In this document: positions 1 to 9,692 of the stretch, in pieces
Numbering within the stretch: the stretch's first letter is position 1
Layout of the letters: every line of letters starts with the position of its first letter
Source: an uncultured Verrucomicrobiae bacterium
GTDB taxonomy: Bacteria; Verrucomicrobiota; Verrucomicrobiia; Limisphaerales; Palsa-1400
NCBI GenBank assembly: GCA_963702845.1
Contig: OY969763.1
Location: 1,024,001 to 1,088,000, forward strand
Reading direction: 5' to 3'
DNA length: 64,000 nucleotides
Notes under the pieces: model-generated
Told to the model about the DNA's origin: nothing
Databases searched by the model: none
What the model saw: only the letters and a program-made list of their open reading frames with translations
Position numbers and translations under genes: made by a program

Positions 1-512
1 CCGTCGAATTCGATCTTGGTGGCTCCTTCTGCGAATCCGCTCCGCCGCCATCGGCGTGCTGGGAGACTGGCGGGGGCACCTTCCTCAAGGTCAAAGGCCA
101 ACCTGTGTGGACCTTTGGTGGCGTCATCTATCCCGGGTGCAGTCCTACGGCTGCGGGCGGTGGAAACTTGAACATCGTTAACCATGTCACAGGCCTTCAC
201 TTCAAGGGCACCGACTTCGTCGTTGACGACTGCAGGGGCGTCGCGACCAAATCACCGAAGGTCACGGTTAACATCATTGACTGGCATGGCACCGGCTACG
301 TGAGTGGCGCCGACGAATCGAAGAAGACGCCGGTTACTTTCGTCGGCACGTTTAGAGATGCTAAGGAGAGTGGCGCTAGCGCCGACGGGCTGTATATCAA
401 AGTGCTGGATCTGAGCGGTCATGTGCTATTCCAGATCGGCGGCGGTCCTGATGACCTGCAGCTGCTCAGCACGGGCAATGTTCAGATTCACCAGAGCAGT
501 TGCGGCAAGTAG
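1..512 (+). CDS. Secreted-type protein, C-terminal part only (5' end outside window); resembles post-COAP-1-type C-terminal domain
   Basis: Frame open from window edge (VEFDLGG...CWETGGG...FGG...D-x-x-ESG-x-x-x-D...GNVQIH); the TGGG...GNxQIH frame is typical of this domain type (recalled, not searched). Confidence 0.55.
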   Translation, partial: VEFDLGGSFCESAPPPSACWETGGGTFLKVKGQPVWTFGGVIYPGCSPTAAGGGNLNIVNHVTGLHFKGTDFVVDDCRGVATKSPKVTVNIIDWHGTGYVSGADESKKTPVTFVGTFRDAKESGASADGLYIKVLDLSGHVLFQIGGGPDDLQLLSTGNVQIHQSSCGK

Positions 513-538
513 CACCTGGTGGAATAGTTTGGCCATAG

Positions 539-571
539 AGCCGCGAGCGTTCCTGAACGCTCGCGGCTTTT
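539..571 (+). terminator. Rho-independent terminator
   Basis: Inverted repeat agccgcgagcgttc/gaacgctcgcggct followed by a T-run, 27 bp after the stop at 512. Confidence 0.75.
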
Positions 572-830
572 AGTTATTGTGTCATTACAGCCCAGCACAA
601 AATAAAGGGGTGTTTCGCTTGGGGCCAGCCACCCGAATCTCCTCCACAATGCGCAACGGTTATACGGATCGGTTGGAGTTGCTGGAGGGAAGATGTCTCG
701 CGAAGGACGCAAAGGTAGAACCGGAATTAGAACACACTATAATAGACGCCGTACTGAGGTGAACTTGACCTGCATCAATGGAATGCGGTGCAATGAAATA
801 TCGAGAATCCAAAAAATTCAAAAATGTTGC

Positions 831-1162
831 TCATTGTCGCTCATTCCTTCTCATTCCTTCTCATTGGAGAAACATGGAGAAACATTGGAGAAACAATGGA
901 GAAACTCTTTAACGTTAATTGTTTCTCCTAAGTTTCTCCTGCCGCCTTAGCTTTTTGACCGCCTTCCCAAACAAGGCTCATAAAAATAAAAGAATTTACG
1001 CTTTAAGAACCTTGATAAACCTTTAGGAACCTTGATTCGCAAGGGTTTGTCACAGTGATGCCGAACCAACGTGGCAAGCGGTCCGCTTCGCAACCTTTAA
1101 CATCTTTTTGTTCTGGTGGTAAAAAACGGTAAAAAGCGGTAATGGCCGGAATTCCGCGGTAA
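831..1162. repeat. Intergenic element of successive 10-11-bp-phased short repeats
   Basis: TCATT at 831/841/851/861; GGAGAAAC at 866/876/887/898 with inverted GTTTCTCC at 921/932; AACCTT at 1008/1018/1028; GGTAA at 1118/1128/1138/1158. Confidence 0.75.
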
Positions 1163-1206
1163 GCGGCGGTTTGCCGGCGTCCAATTTGCTGCGTTTTGTC
1201 AAAGAT

Positions 1207-1236
1207 CCGCCTTCGCCAAGGCTTCGGCGCGACAAG
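1207..1236. repeat. REP-like hairpin (ccgccttcgccaaggcttcggcgcgacaag)
   Basis: Short imperfect palindrome of a type commonly dispersed in intergenic DNA; only one copy in the window. Confidence 0.45.
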
Positions 1237-1388
1237 TCCGCGTTCAGTAAGCCCAAGAGCTCAGGGCTGCAAATTCAGCAGCAGCTTCATATTAGAAAAA
1301 GAGAGTTACTGTGTCAAGCGTGGGGAGAAAAGTGAGAGTGAGAGTGAAAGTGCATAGGGGGCGGGGAGACCAAGGATTACAAACCATC

Positions 1389-1516
1389 CAATCGCGCAAA
1401 CATTCCCCAACGCAACGCTTGTTCGCCGACGCCGCCGAATCGAATTGTTTATCTACTCAGCGCAAAGGAGAAATCTACGACTTCAAAACGAACCATACTA
1501 AGGGTTGACCCTCCGA
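1389..1516. repeat. 128-bp direct repeat, copy 1
   Basis: Aligns to 4278-4406 with 8 substitutions and 1 indel (hand count). Confidence 0.9.
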
Positions 1517-1531
1517 CTTTAATCGAGCCAA

Positions 1532-3742
1532 TCAGGGTAGACGAATTCGATAGAATCGGGCGGGATAGTTCGTCCATTGCTGATCGCTAAAGTAAATCTT
1601 ACCATTGGTAACGGTGCAGCTTTGCACCGTTTTCCAGGATGCGCTCGGCAAGTTTGTGGCGGCTTCCACTACGATGGCGATGTTCGTTGTTCCAGTGATG
1701 TTGAAGCCAAAGCGATTTGTCAGGACGCCGAAGTAGCCGTCGCTGGTTTGAACCTGCGGGTTCCACGGCGCTGTCGGGATTCCATCAAATGTTGCGCCCC
1801 ACCCTGTCGTTCCCGGTAAGTAATAAGCGGTGGGATGAGGGCCGAGAAAAACGGTGGTGTCATTTGTTGGCGTCGGCGCGTTTCCCCGGAAATAGATAGA
1901 TTGCAATCCGGAGACATAGAATGAATAGGTGTCGATGTTGGTCACGCTGCTCGGAATGGAGATGCTTTTCAACTTGCTGCAGGCCTCGAATGCATAGCTG
2001 CCAATGCTGGTCACGCCCTCGGGAATGGTGACGTTGGTTAATCCCCCGCACTCGTAGAATGCAGAACTCCCGATGCTGCTCACACTGCTGGGAATAGTAA
2101 TGCTAGTCAGGCTGGCGCAGCCGAGGAATGTAGCACCTCCAATACTTGTTACGCCGTTGCCGATCGTAACGCTGTATAAGGCGGAGCAGTAACTAAATGT
2201 CGAATAGCCCATGTCGGTAACGCTGTTGGGAATAGTGACGGTGCCGAGGCTGGTGCAGTTATAGAATGCGAAGCCTCCGATGTTGGTGGCAGCGTTGCCG
2301 ATGGTCAGATTGTTCAGGGAAGTGCAGGAATAAAACGCGGAGTCTCCGATTCTCGTGACGCCATTGCCGATGCTCACTGACGTTAAGCCGCTGCAGTACA
2401 TGAACGCCTGCTGTTCGATGTTCTTAACGCTGTTAGGAATAGTGACCGCAATAGGGCTGGCGCACTCCTCGAAAGCCCCGCGCGCAATATTGGTGACGCT
2501 ATTCGGAACAGTATAACTGCCAGCGCGGCCAGCCGGATATTCCAGGAGCACGGTTTGAGCTTGGTTAAACAGGACGCCATTAACACTGCTGTAGATAGGA
2601 TTGCCGGCTGCCATGGTAATGTTGGTCAGACTGCTGGACGTGAAGAACAGCGAACCGCTTCCGATGTTGGTCACACTGTTCGGAATGGTAATGGTGCGCA
2701 AGCTGGTGCAATAGGCGAAGGCCTGACTTCCAATGCTTGTCACACTGGCGGGAATTGCGATGTTAGTCAGCTTGGTGCAGTTGTAGAACGCCTCAGTTCC
2801 GATAGTGATGACGCTGTTTGGAAGAGCGACGCTGGTCAACCTACAGTTCCAGAACGCCGAGGTGCCGATGTTCGTCACGCTACTGGGAATGACCACGTTA
2901 GTTAGGCTGTTGCAATAATAGAACGTAGAGTCGCTGATACTTGTCACGGAATCGGGAATCGTGATGGCGGCCAGCGTTTGACACGAGTTGAACGCCGATT
3001 CTCCAAAGCTGGTTACGCTATTCGGAATGCTAATGTTTGTCAGATTGACGCACGAACCGAACGCATAACTTCCAATATTGGTAACACTCCCCGGAATGAC
3101 GTAGCTCCCTGCAAGGCCAGCGGGATATTGTATCAGGATGGTCTGGTCTTGATTGAACAGGGCGCCGTTAGTGCTGGAGTAATTAGGATTGCCGAAAATT
3201 ACCGTAACATTCGTCAGGCTATTGCAGGCCGCGAAGGCGCCAATTCCGACATTGGTCACGCTATTAGGAATTGTGACGCCCGATATATTACAGTACTTGA
3301 ACGCATTGCTTCCGATGCTGATCAGACTGTCGGGAATAGTCACCGTGGCCAAGTTGTAGCATTGGAAGAACGCAGCATCGCCAATGCTGGTCACGCCGTT
3401 GCCAACCGTCACGTTTGTCAGACCGTTAAAACACCGATAAAAAGCGCCATTTCCAATGGTGGTCACGCTGTTGGGGATGACTACGCTGGACACGTATGTG
3501 TTGTTTGAAAATGCAGAGTCGCCAATCGTCGTTACCGGATAGCCGTTGATCGCGCTGGGGATGATCACGTTTCCCGGCCCAGTGTAGCCAGTAATGGTGA
3601 TAGATCCGTTGTTGGTAACGAATGAGAACTGTGTCTGCCCGCGGGCGGCCAATACTCCCAATGACAGCCAAAGGGCGGCTGCTAATAAACAAGTTCCCTT
3701 CATAAGCGATCGAATTGTTATTAACCCCAGTAGGCCTATCAA
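1532..3742 (-). CDS. BspA-type leucine-rich repeat (LRR_5) surface protein with C-terminal RFYR-type domain
   Basis: Many (I/L)PxSVTxIGxxAFxxCxxL repeats; signal peptide (probable start MKGTCLL); ends FSDQQWTNYPARFYRIRLP. Confidence 0.92.
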   Translation of the reverse strand: MIGLLGLITIRSLMKGTCLLAAALWLSLGVLAARGQTQFSFVTNNGSITITGYTGPGNVIIPSAINGYPVTTIGDSAFSNNTYVSSVVIPNSVTTIGNGAFYRCFNGLTNVTVGNGVTSIGDAAFFQCYNLATVTIPDSLISIGSNAFKYCNISGVTIPNSVTNVGIGAFAACNSLTNVTVIFGNPNYSSTNGALFNQDQTILIQYPAGLAGSYVIPGSVTNIGSYAFGSCVNLTNISIPNSVTSFGESAFNSCQTLAAITIPDSVTSISDSTFYYCNSLTNVVIPSSVTNIGTSAFWNCRLTSVALPNSVITIGTEAFYNCTKLTNIAIPASVTSIGSQAFAYCTSLRTITIPNSVTNIGSGSLFFTSSSLTNITMAAGNPIYSSVNGVLFNQAQTVLLEYPAGRAGSYTVPNSVTNIARGAFEECASPIAVTIPNSVKNIEQQAFMYCSGLTSVSIGNGVTRIGDSAFYSCTSLNNLTIGNAATNIGGFAFYNCTSLGTVTIPNSVTDMGYSTFSYCSALYSVTIGNGVTSIGGATFLGCASLTSITIPSSVSSIGSSAFYECGGLTNVTIPEGVTSIGSYAFEACSKLKSISIPSSVTNIDTYSFYVSGLQSIYFRGNAPTPTNDTTVFLGPHPTAYYLPGTTGWGATFDGIPTAPWNPQVQTSDGYFGVLTNRFGFNITGTTNIAIVVEAATNLPSASWKTVQSCTVTNGKIYFSDQQWTNYPARFYRIRLP

Positions 3743-3889
3743 GCTAAATTGGGCACTCCAATTCGATGCGTGCGCGTGTTCACTTTGCTATAAGTTGCAA
3801 AGCGCACTGCTCCAATTCCTCCACCCCGAGACACGAATGGAGTGGAAGAGCAAAACTTACGTCCAGGTGTTAGTTCCAACTTTTGACAT

Positions 3890-3949
3890 AACTTCAATCC
3901 GCCATTCCCGATTTTAGGTAAAAGATAGAAGACCGTCGGAGAAAGTTGA
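3890..3949. repeat. 60-bp direct repeat, copy 1
   Basis: aacttcaatccgcc...taaaagatagaagaccgtcggagaaagttga aligns ungapped to 4167-4226. Confidence 0.8.
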
Positions 3950-4101
3950 CCGCCGACATTCTGTCGGGACTCGCTTCGCTCGGTGTTGAGGGCAACGCGG
4001 AATTACAAATTACAGATCACAGATTACAAAATGTTTTCGCGCTCTCGTCACCCGCAACGAGAGCGCGAAAACAAAGGATTACTTGAGGGTGCGCTTGGTT
4101 C

Positions 4102-4129
4102 CTATAAACAGGCCACCCCTAACGGGGTT
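4102..4129. repeat. REP-like element (cta...cctaacggggtt); second copy at 55148-55175
   Basis: 22/28 identity between the two copies; short hairpin accc-ctaac-ggggt. Confidence 0.55.
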
Positions 4130-4166
4130 ATAAATTCGTTCAGGTATCGGGCTCAACGGTTGATAC

Positions 4167-4226
4167 AACTTTAATCCGCCAGTCCTGATTTGAGATAAAA
4201 GATAGAAGAGCGTCGGAGGAAGTTGA
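4167..4226. repeat. 60-bp direct repeat, copy 2
   Basis: See 3890-3949. Confidence 0.8.
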
Positions 4227-4277
4227 GGGTTGGTGCAGGTTGAGGGGTGAGTGTTGAGTGGAAACAACGTTTCCGTT

Positions 4278-4406
4278 CAATCGCGCAAACATTCCCCAAC
4301 GCAACGCTTGTGCTCCGATGCCGCCGAATCGAGTTGTCTATCTACTGAGCGCAAAGGAGAAACCTACGACTTCAAAACGAACCATACTATGGGTTGACCC
4401 CTCCGA
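4278..4406. repeat. 128-bp direct repeat, copy 2
   Basis: See 1389-1516. Confidence 0.9.
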
Positions 4407-4519
4407 TGCCATAAAAGGCAAAGGCTGAGGACAACAACGGGATAATCCTGAGTTTGATCAATACACCTGCTTTGTAAACTACCGAGCGCTGCTGGATTCT
4501 ATAGCGCGAAAATTCACGA

Positions 4520-4589
4520 AACCGTTGAAACGGTTAAGACTATGATGCGCGTCCGCAAGCCCCCGCGTTGAAACGCGGGGTTAATGAGA
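4520..4589. repeat. Paired REP-like hairpins with identical GTT-GA-AAC core, ending TTAATGAGA
   Basis: aaccgtt-ga-aacggtt (4520-4535) and ccccgcgtt-ga-aacgcgggg (4561-4580). Confidence 0.6.
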
Positions 4590-4603
4590 ACTAGTGGGGC
4601 GAC

Positions 4604-6328
4604 ATGTTCAGAATCTGCGCGATCATTTTGTTTGGCACCGCGATTGATTTGCTAGCCAATGGGTTTGCCGGTAGGCCGATGATGGCGGCGAGACATGACA
4701 CCATTGTTTTCAGCGAGTTGCCGCAAACACACATCGAGACTCGACGTCCCATGCTGCTCGGCGATGCGAGTGCTGCGCAACAAATGCCTCCGCCGTTGGC
4801 AAGTTTCAACGGATACATACACGACGGGCGCACGCCATCGATTCCAGATTGCATGGGCGCAGCTGGACCGAATCATTTGATGATCACGATCAACAATCTT
4901 GTCATCATTCAACGGCGCGACGGGCAGACGATTTCGAGTGTATTGGCGGATACGTTTTGGAATGGGTTGGGTATCGCGCCGTTTGATCCGCGGCTTTATT
5001 ACGATCCGTATGCGAACCGGTGGATTTTCAGTTCGGGTTCGGCCCAGGAGTCAACGAACTCAGCGTTATTGCTGGCGGTATCGGCGACGAGCGATCCGAC
5101 GGGAACGTGGTTTCGATACAAGGTGGATGCGGATCCGACCCATACTTCGTGGGCGGACTATGACAAGCTGGGTTTTAACAGTCGGTGGGTAGTGGTTCAG
5201 GCGAACATGGAGCCAATACCGGGTTCGACGAACACCACTGAAGCGAACACGTCGCACATATTTGTTTTTAATAAGACGAACGTTTATGCGGGTGGCAGTG
5301 GACTGTTCACGTATATTTCGGTGCCGGTGGATACGTTTCAGGCTTTTGATATTGTGCCGTCAGCGACGTATGACACGAATTTGCAGAGCATGTTTTTGCT
5401 GGCGCTTCGAGCAGATGCGCGCGGGCCCTATACGCAGTTTCCACCGATGATCAGGATTTATGAGTTGCACGGCGCATTTGGCTCTGAAGTTTTGACGTTC
5501 AAGACGAATGCGACTGCGCCGATAACGTGGCCGATTGGGCGCGGGATGGCATCGGGGTATCAGTTGGGCACGCCGCAGGTGATCCGGATTTTGGAGAAGT
5601 CATTGGATAACGTGATTTATCGCAACGGCACGCTTTGGACGGTGCACAATATGTTTCCGTACGATACAAGCGATCAAAGTGATATTCAGTTTTGGCAGAT
5701 CACCACGAATGGGCAGGTGCTGCAGTTTGGACGGGTGGAAGATCCCACTGGCAACAATCGTTACGGTTTTCCAAGCATTGCGGTGAACAAATCCAATGAT
5801 GTGCTCATGGCATATACGCGGTGCAGATCCAATGATTACATCAGCGCCAAATACACTTTTCATGCCGGAACGGATGCGCCGAATACGATTCGCGGCGACA
5901 CGATTTTGAAAGCGGGCGAAGCTCCGTACACCACCGGCGACACAAATGTTTTCGAGGTGTTGCACTGGGGCGATTACACGCAGACGGTTGTGGACCCTGT
6001 GAACGACATGGATTTTTGGACAATACAGGAATACGCCGCGGTAAATACAAATGACCTCGCGGGTTACGGGCTGTGGTGGGGCCGGTTTGTGCCGCCGAGT
6101 GCGTGGCCGCGGTTCTTGAGCGAGCAGCGGAGCAATAATAATTTTGTGATGACGTTCACTTCGTCGTTTAGCAACAAATATAATCTTCAAAGTTCGGCTG
6201 TTATACCGACGAATCAATGGACGGTGGTGCAGTCGAACATTGCTGGCACCGGCAGTATTATGCAGGTGACGGTGACGAATGCGTTTCCGGCGGCGCAGAA
6301 TTTTTTTGAGATGCGGTTGGTGCCGTGA
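4604..6328 (+). CDS. Secreted protein of unknown function (PD..GAAGPNH / WGDY family, probable beta-propeller) with shared C-terminal domain
   Basis: 574-aa ORF with signal peptide, motifs IPDCMGAAGPNH, FDPRLYYD, HWGDY; C-terminus YNLQSS...QW...QNFFEMRLVP. Confidence 0.8.
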   Translation: MFRICAIILFGTAIDLLANGFAGRPMMAARHDTIVFSELPQTHIETRRPMLLGDASAAQQMPPPLASFNGYIHDGRTPSIPDCMGAAGPNHLMITINNLVIIQRRDGQTISSVLADTFWNGLGIAPFDPRLYYDPYANRWIFSSGSAQESTNSALLLAVSATSDPTGTWFRYKVDADPTHTSWADYDKLGFNSRWVVVQANMEPIPGSTNTTEANTSHIFVFNKTNVYAGGSGLFTYISVPVDTFQAFDIVPSATYDTNLQSMFLLALRADARGPYTQFPPMIRIYELHGAFGSEVLTFKTNATAPITWPIGRGMASGYQLGTPQVIRILEKSLDNVIYRNGTLWTVHNMFPYDTSDQSDIQFWQITTNGQVLQFGRVEDPTGNNRYGFPSIAVNKSNDVLMAYTRCRSNDYISAKYTFHAGTDAPNTIRGDTILKAGEAPYTTGDTNVFEVLHWGDYTQTVVDPVNDMDFWTIQEYAAVNTNDLAGYGLWWGRFVPPSAWPRFLSEQRSNNNFVMTFTSSFSNKYNLQSSAVIPTNQWTVVQSNIAGTGSIMQVTVTNAFPAAQNFFEMRLVP

Positions 6329-6336
6329 CGCAATGC

Positions 6337-6405
6337 CTCCTCTCCCCAGCCCTCTCCTCCAAGGAGGAGAGGGAGAATCGGACCACGCAGCGCGTGGTCC
6401 CTACC
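6337..6405. repeat. Two adjacent REP-like hairpins between convergent genes
   Basis: ccctctcctcc-aa-ggaggagaggg and ggaccacgc-agc-gcgtggtcc followed by ctacc (GGTAG-type end, as at 26101 and 43426). Confidence 0.6.
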
Positions 6406-6500
6406 TCGGGGGGCTTTGTTATGCTGGCTCGGCTCGACACAAATTTTTAAACAGACGCTAATGTGTCTAGATAGTTGAAACACTTCTTGGACAAACGCCT

Positions 6501-8894
6501 TTAAGGCAATTTGATTCGATAGATACGCCGGGGAAGGTTGGGGGAATCGACGTCAGTAAAATTAGTGTTGGGAACGGTGTCGGAATGGATGTCGGTCCAG
6601 TTGGTCAGGTTGGTGGAGGCCTGGATGGTGAAGGTGCCGGAGGAAAGGCCGCCGATGTCGAAATGGTATTGGTGACTGATGTCCGTTCCAAAATTAAGGA
6701 GTCGAATGATCGGCGGGACGAAAGAAACGGTTTCATTCCAGTGTCCGAGCGCGGCTGCCGGTCTGCCGCCAGCGTAGGTGAAACTGCCCACCATATAAAC
6801 GTCATCACCGGTGATCGAAATTCCTACCACGGAAGAAGCGGTGGGTGAGAGGCGGCTGATGCCGCTGCCCAGCCCGTGCCATTGGCCGTCCCATTTGGCT
6901 AGACGATTCAAGCCGGATATGCCGCCCGCATTGGTGAATGAACCTCCGACAAACAGGGTCGATCCGTTCGCCGCAATGGTGGACACGGTTCCATTCGTGA
7001 TTCCACCGCCAACCTCGGACCATGCGCTGCCGTTCCATTTGGCGAGGCGTCGCACAGTCGTGGCGCCTGAGTTGAGGAAGCTGCCGCAGGCGTAAAGATC
7101 GCTGCCGATAAAAGTCAGCGAGTTGACGGTGTTGGCGAGGCCAGGATCGGTTCCAAGAGACCACCAATTATTACCGTCCCAATAGCCAATATTGTCCAAG
7201 TCTGCTCCATTGTGCGGCGGAAGAGGATCCTGCCATCCGATGTAGTAATTGCCGCCGACGTAAAGCTTGGCGCCGTCGCTAACGAGGGCATTGATAATAT
7301 TATTAATTCGCCAGGAGGAGATGGTTGGAACTTCCGTCCAGTCGCTGCCGTTCCAGCGCGCAATGCCGGGCATACCGCCGGTGCCGTCACCGCGAGCGGT
7401 GAAGGAGCCGCCAGCAAATATCTGGCCCTGGTGGGAGCAGAGTGCGAGGACCTGGTTGTTTAGGCCGCTGGCCATCGCATGCCAGCTTGCGCCATCCCAG
7501 TAAGCGACGTTGCGCGCGACAACACCGCCCGCATTGGTGAAAAGCCCGCCGACATAGACTGTGTTGCCGTCCTGAAGAATGGCATTGACGTCACCACCGA
7601 GCACGCCGCCGCCAACGTTGTCCCAGACTGAACCGTTCCAATGCGCGATTTTATTTGGCTTCAATCCGCCTGCGATTAGCACGCCCGAACCGCCCACATA
7701 AACATCATTGCCCGCGGCACTGACAACTTTTGATGAAAGCCAGGTGCCCTGGGATTTCGGACCGGTCAGCGCCGACCATTGAATGCCGTCCCATTTGGCG
7801 ACGCTGAGGGTGCCCGCGGTTCCGGCCTGGACGAAGTCGGAACCGGCATACAGATTGACCCCATCGGATGCGAGGCAGGAGACCTTGGTCAGGATTTCAC
7901 CAGCCGTGCCGGGAGCGAGCGCTTCCCATGCCGATCCGTTCCAACGCGCGACATGGCGCATGGCCGCGCCGCCAATACTGGTGAAATTTCCGGCGGTGTA
8001 GAGATTTGTGCCAACAACAGCCAGGCTGGTGTTGGTTCCGGAAGGTCCACCGCCCATCGAGTACCATTGCGAGCCGTCCCAGCGCGCAAGGTTAGTCGCA
8101 TTGACGCCACTGGCCGTTTTGAACAGGCCGGCCACATAAAGATTGCTGTTGAGCACTGTCACCGCACTTATCAACTGGGACGAGCCACCGTTGTAGAGGC
8201 CAGTGCCAAGGGCATTCCAGTTTACGCCGTCCCACCGCGCGATATTGTTGGCTTCAACGCCGCCCGCAAAACGGAAATTTCCTGCGACGATCAGGTCGCC
8301 GTTCCAATCCACCGTCATGGATGTGGCCGTTACACCAATACCGTTTGTATAGGTGGTCAGTCCGGTGCCCAGCGGATACCAGTTGGTGCCGTCCCAGCGT
8401 GCAATGTTGCTGGCGGTGATCCCGCCCGCCTGCGTGAACAGGCCGCCGACATAAAGATCATTACCTTTAAATCGCAGACTTTGGACGACGCCATTGACTC
8501 CGCCGCTGACGTCTGACCAGTTGGACCCATTCCATTTGGCGAGGCTGCGCACAGTTACGCCGCTGATGTTAGTAATGAAGCCGCCGCCGACATAAACGTC
8601 CGTCCCGTGCGTCGCGATCGCGAAGCCCACCGGCCCTGAACCCAGAGAAAATCCCGATCCGAATCCTGCCCAGTTCGCGCCGTCCCATTTAGCCACACCA
8701 ACACAACCGGCCTCCCCGGCACTGGTGAAAGATCCGGTAAGAAAAAGATTGGAACCGCTCGTCGTCATCGAGTTGACGAGACCGTCGGCGCCAGGGGCAC
8801 CGAAGCGGGTATCCCAATGATCATCATCGGCGGCGAAGACTGAACACGAAGACAGCAATGCGATAGCTTTTATCCAGACAAATAAATTCTTCAT
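6501..8894 (-). CDS. Secreted tandem-repeat (probable double beta-propeller) protein with shared C-terminal domain
   Basis: About 14 repeats of LYVGGxFTxAGGxxAxNIARWDGxxW; signal peptide; ends FTDVDSPNLPRRIYRIKLP. Confidence 0.88.
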   Translation of the reverse strand: MKNLFVWIKAIALLSSCSVFAADDDHWDTRFGAPGADGLVNSMTTSGSNLFLTGSFTSAGEAGCVGVAKWDGANWAGFGSGFSLGSGPVGFAIATHGTDVYVGGGFITNISGVTVRSLAKWNGSNWSDVSGGVNGVVQSLRFKGNDLYVGGLFTQAGGITASNIARWDGTNWYPLGTGLTTYTNGIGVTATSMTVDWNGDLIVAGNFRFAGGVEANNIARWDGVNWNALGTGLYNGGSSQLISAVTVLNSNLYVAGLFKTASGVNATNLARWDGSQWYSMGGGPSGTNTSLAVVGTNLYTAGNFTSIGGAAMRHVARWNGSAWEALAPGTAGEILTKVSCLASDGVNLYAGSDFVQAGTAGTLSVAKWDGIQWSALTGPKSQGTWLSSKVVSAAGNDVYVGGSGVLIAGGLKPNKIAHWNGSVWDNVGGGVLGGDVNAILQDGNTVYVGGLFTNAGGVVARNVAYWDGASWHAMASGLNNQVLALCSHQGQIFAGGSFTARGDGTGGMPGIARWNGSDWTEVPTISSWRINNIINALVSDGAKLYVGGNYYIGWQDPLPPHNGADLDNIGYWDGNNWWSLGTDPGLANTVNSLTFIGSDLYACGSFLNSGATTVRRLAKWNGSAWSEVGGGITNGTVSTIAANGSTLFVGGSFTNAGGISGLNRLAKWDGQWHGLGSGISRLSPTASSVVGISITGDDVYMVGSFTYAGGRPAAALGHWNETVSFVPPIIRLLNFGTDISHQYHFDIGGLSSGTFTIQASTNLTNWTDIHSDTVPNTNFTDVDSPNLPRRIYRIKLP

Positions 8895-8982
8895 AGCCCC
8901 AGGGTTTTGGCGAGATTAAGAGCGGCTTGTTGTAGCGGCAAGAGGATTTTGTCCGGCTTTAGAACAGCTAACTGCGCAGCGG

Positions 8983-9510
8983 TCATTCGCCTGTGCCCTC
9001 GGCCTTATCGGCTTCGAGATAGCGCTCGATATGGCGGTCGAGGTCGGACATACCGCCGGCGCAACTGGCGGCTTCGACGCGCTCGAGCATTTCCAACGTC
9101 CAGGTTTCTTCTTCGACCTGTTCGCTGATGTACCACTGCATCAGCATCTGGGTCGGATAGTCTTTGGCGTGGATGGCGGCTTCGTAGACGGCGTTGATGC
9201 CGGCGGTGTTTTTCTCCTCCATGGCCTGCACGTGGCGAGCGACTTCAACAAGGGATTTGAAGGTGCTCTTCGGCGCGGCAAGAGGACTGAGTTCGGGCAA
9301 AGTGCCGCGGTCGATGATGAAATCGATGATTTTCTGGGCGTGAATATGTTCTTCGCCGACCTGTTTGGCGAACCAACGGGTGAATCCGGCAAGGTTTTGG
9401 TTGTCACACCAGTTAGCCAGCGCGCGGTAACTGTAGGCAGCGCCGAGTTCCTGGTTGATCTGGCGATTCAATTCAGAAAGGACCGATGGCGCGATTTTGG
9501 AGTTGGACAT
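8983..9510 (-). CDS. ftnA: Non-heme ferritin
   Basis: LNRQINQE...Y...EEHIHAQK...WYISEQVEEE ferroxidase motifs; start trimmed to MSNSK. Confidence 0.92.
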   Translation of the reverse strand: MSNSKIAPSVLSELNRQINQELGAAYSYRALANWCDNQNLAGFTRWFAKQVGEEHIHAQKIIDFIIDRGTLPELSPLAAPKSTFKSLVEVARHVQAMEEKNTAGINAVYEAAIHAKDYPTQMLMQWYISEQVEEETWTLEMLERVEAASCAGGMSDLDRHIERYLEADKAEGTGE

Positions 9511-9692
9511 GTGTTGAAACATGGCTCCTGCGAGCCCGCCGTTCAACCGGAGTTTCCATCAGCTTGGAGTAAGCTGCCAGCGGAGTTTCGATAGGTAATC
9601 GGGCTTGAATCATCGACGATCCGATTGCGAAACACTTAACCGAAGTCGGAACACGGACCATCGGCAATTATGTTGCCAAAACCTACCTTTCG

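Noticed and set aside
1311..1508. 65-aa ORF overlapping the 128-bp repeat as a real gene
   Set aside because: Most differences between the repeat copies are non-synonymous in this frame, and the N-terminus is hexamer-repeat DNA.
3890..4406. Integron attC sites / cassette array
   Set aside because: Ends do not match RYYYAAC/GTTRRRY well, no cassette ORF lies between the 60-bp copies and no integrase is present.
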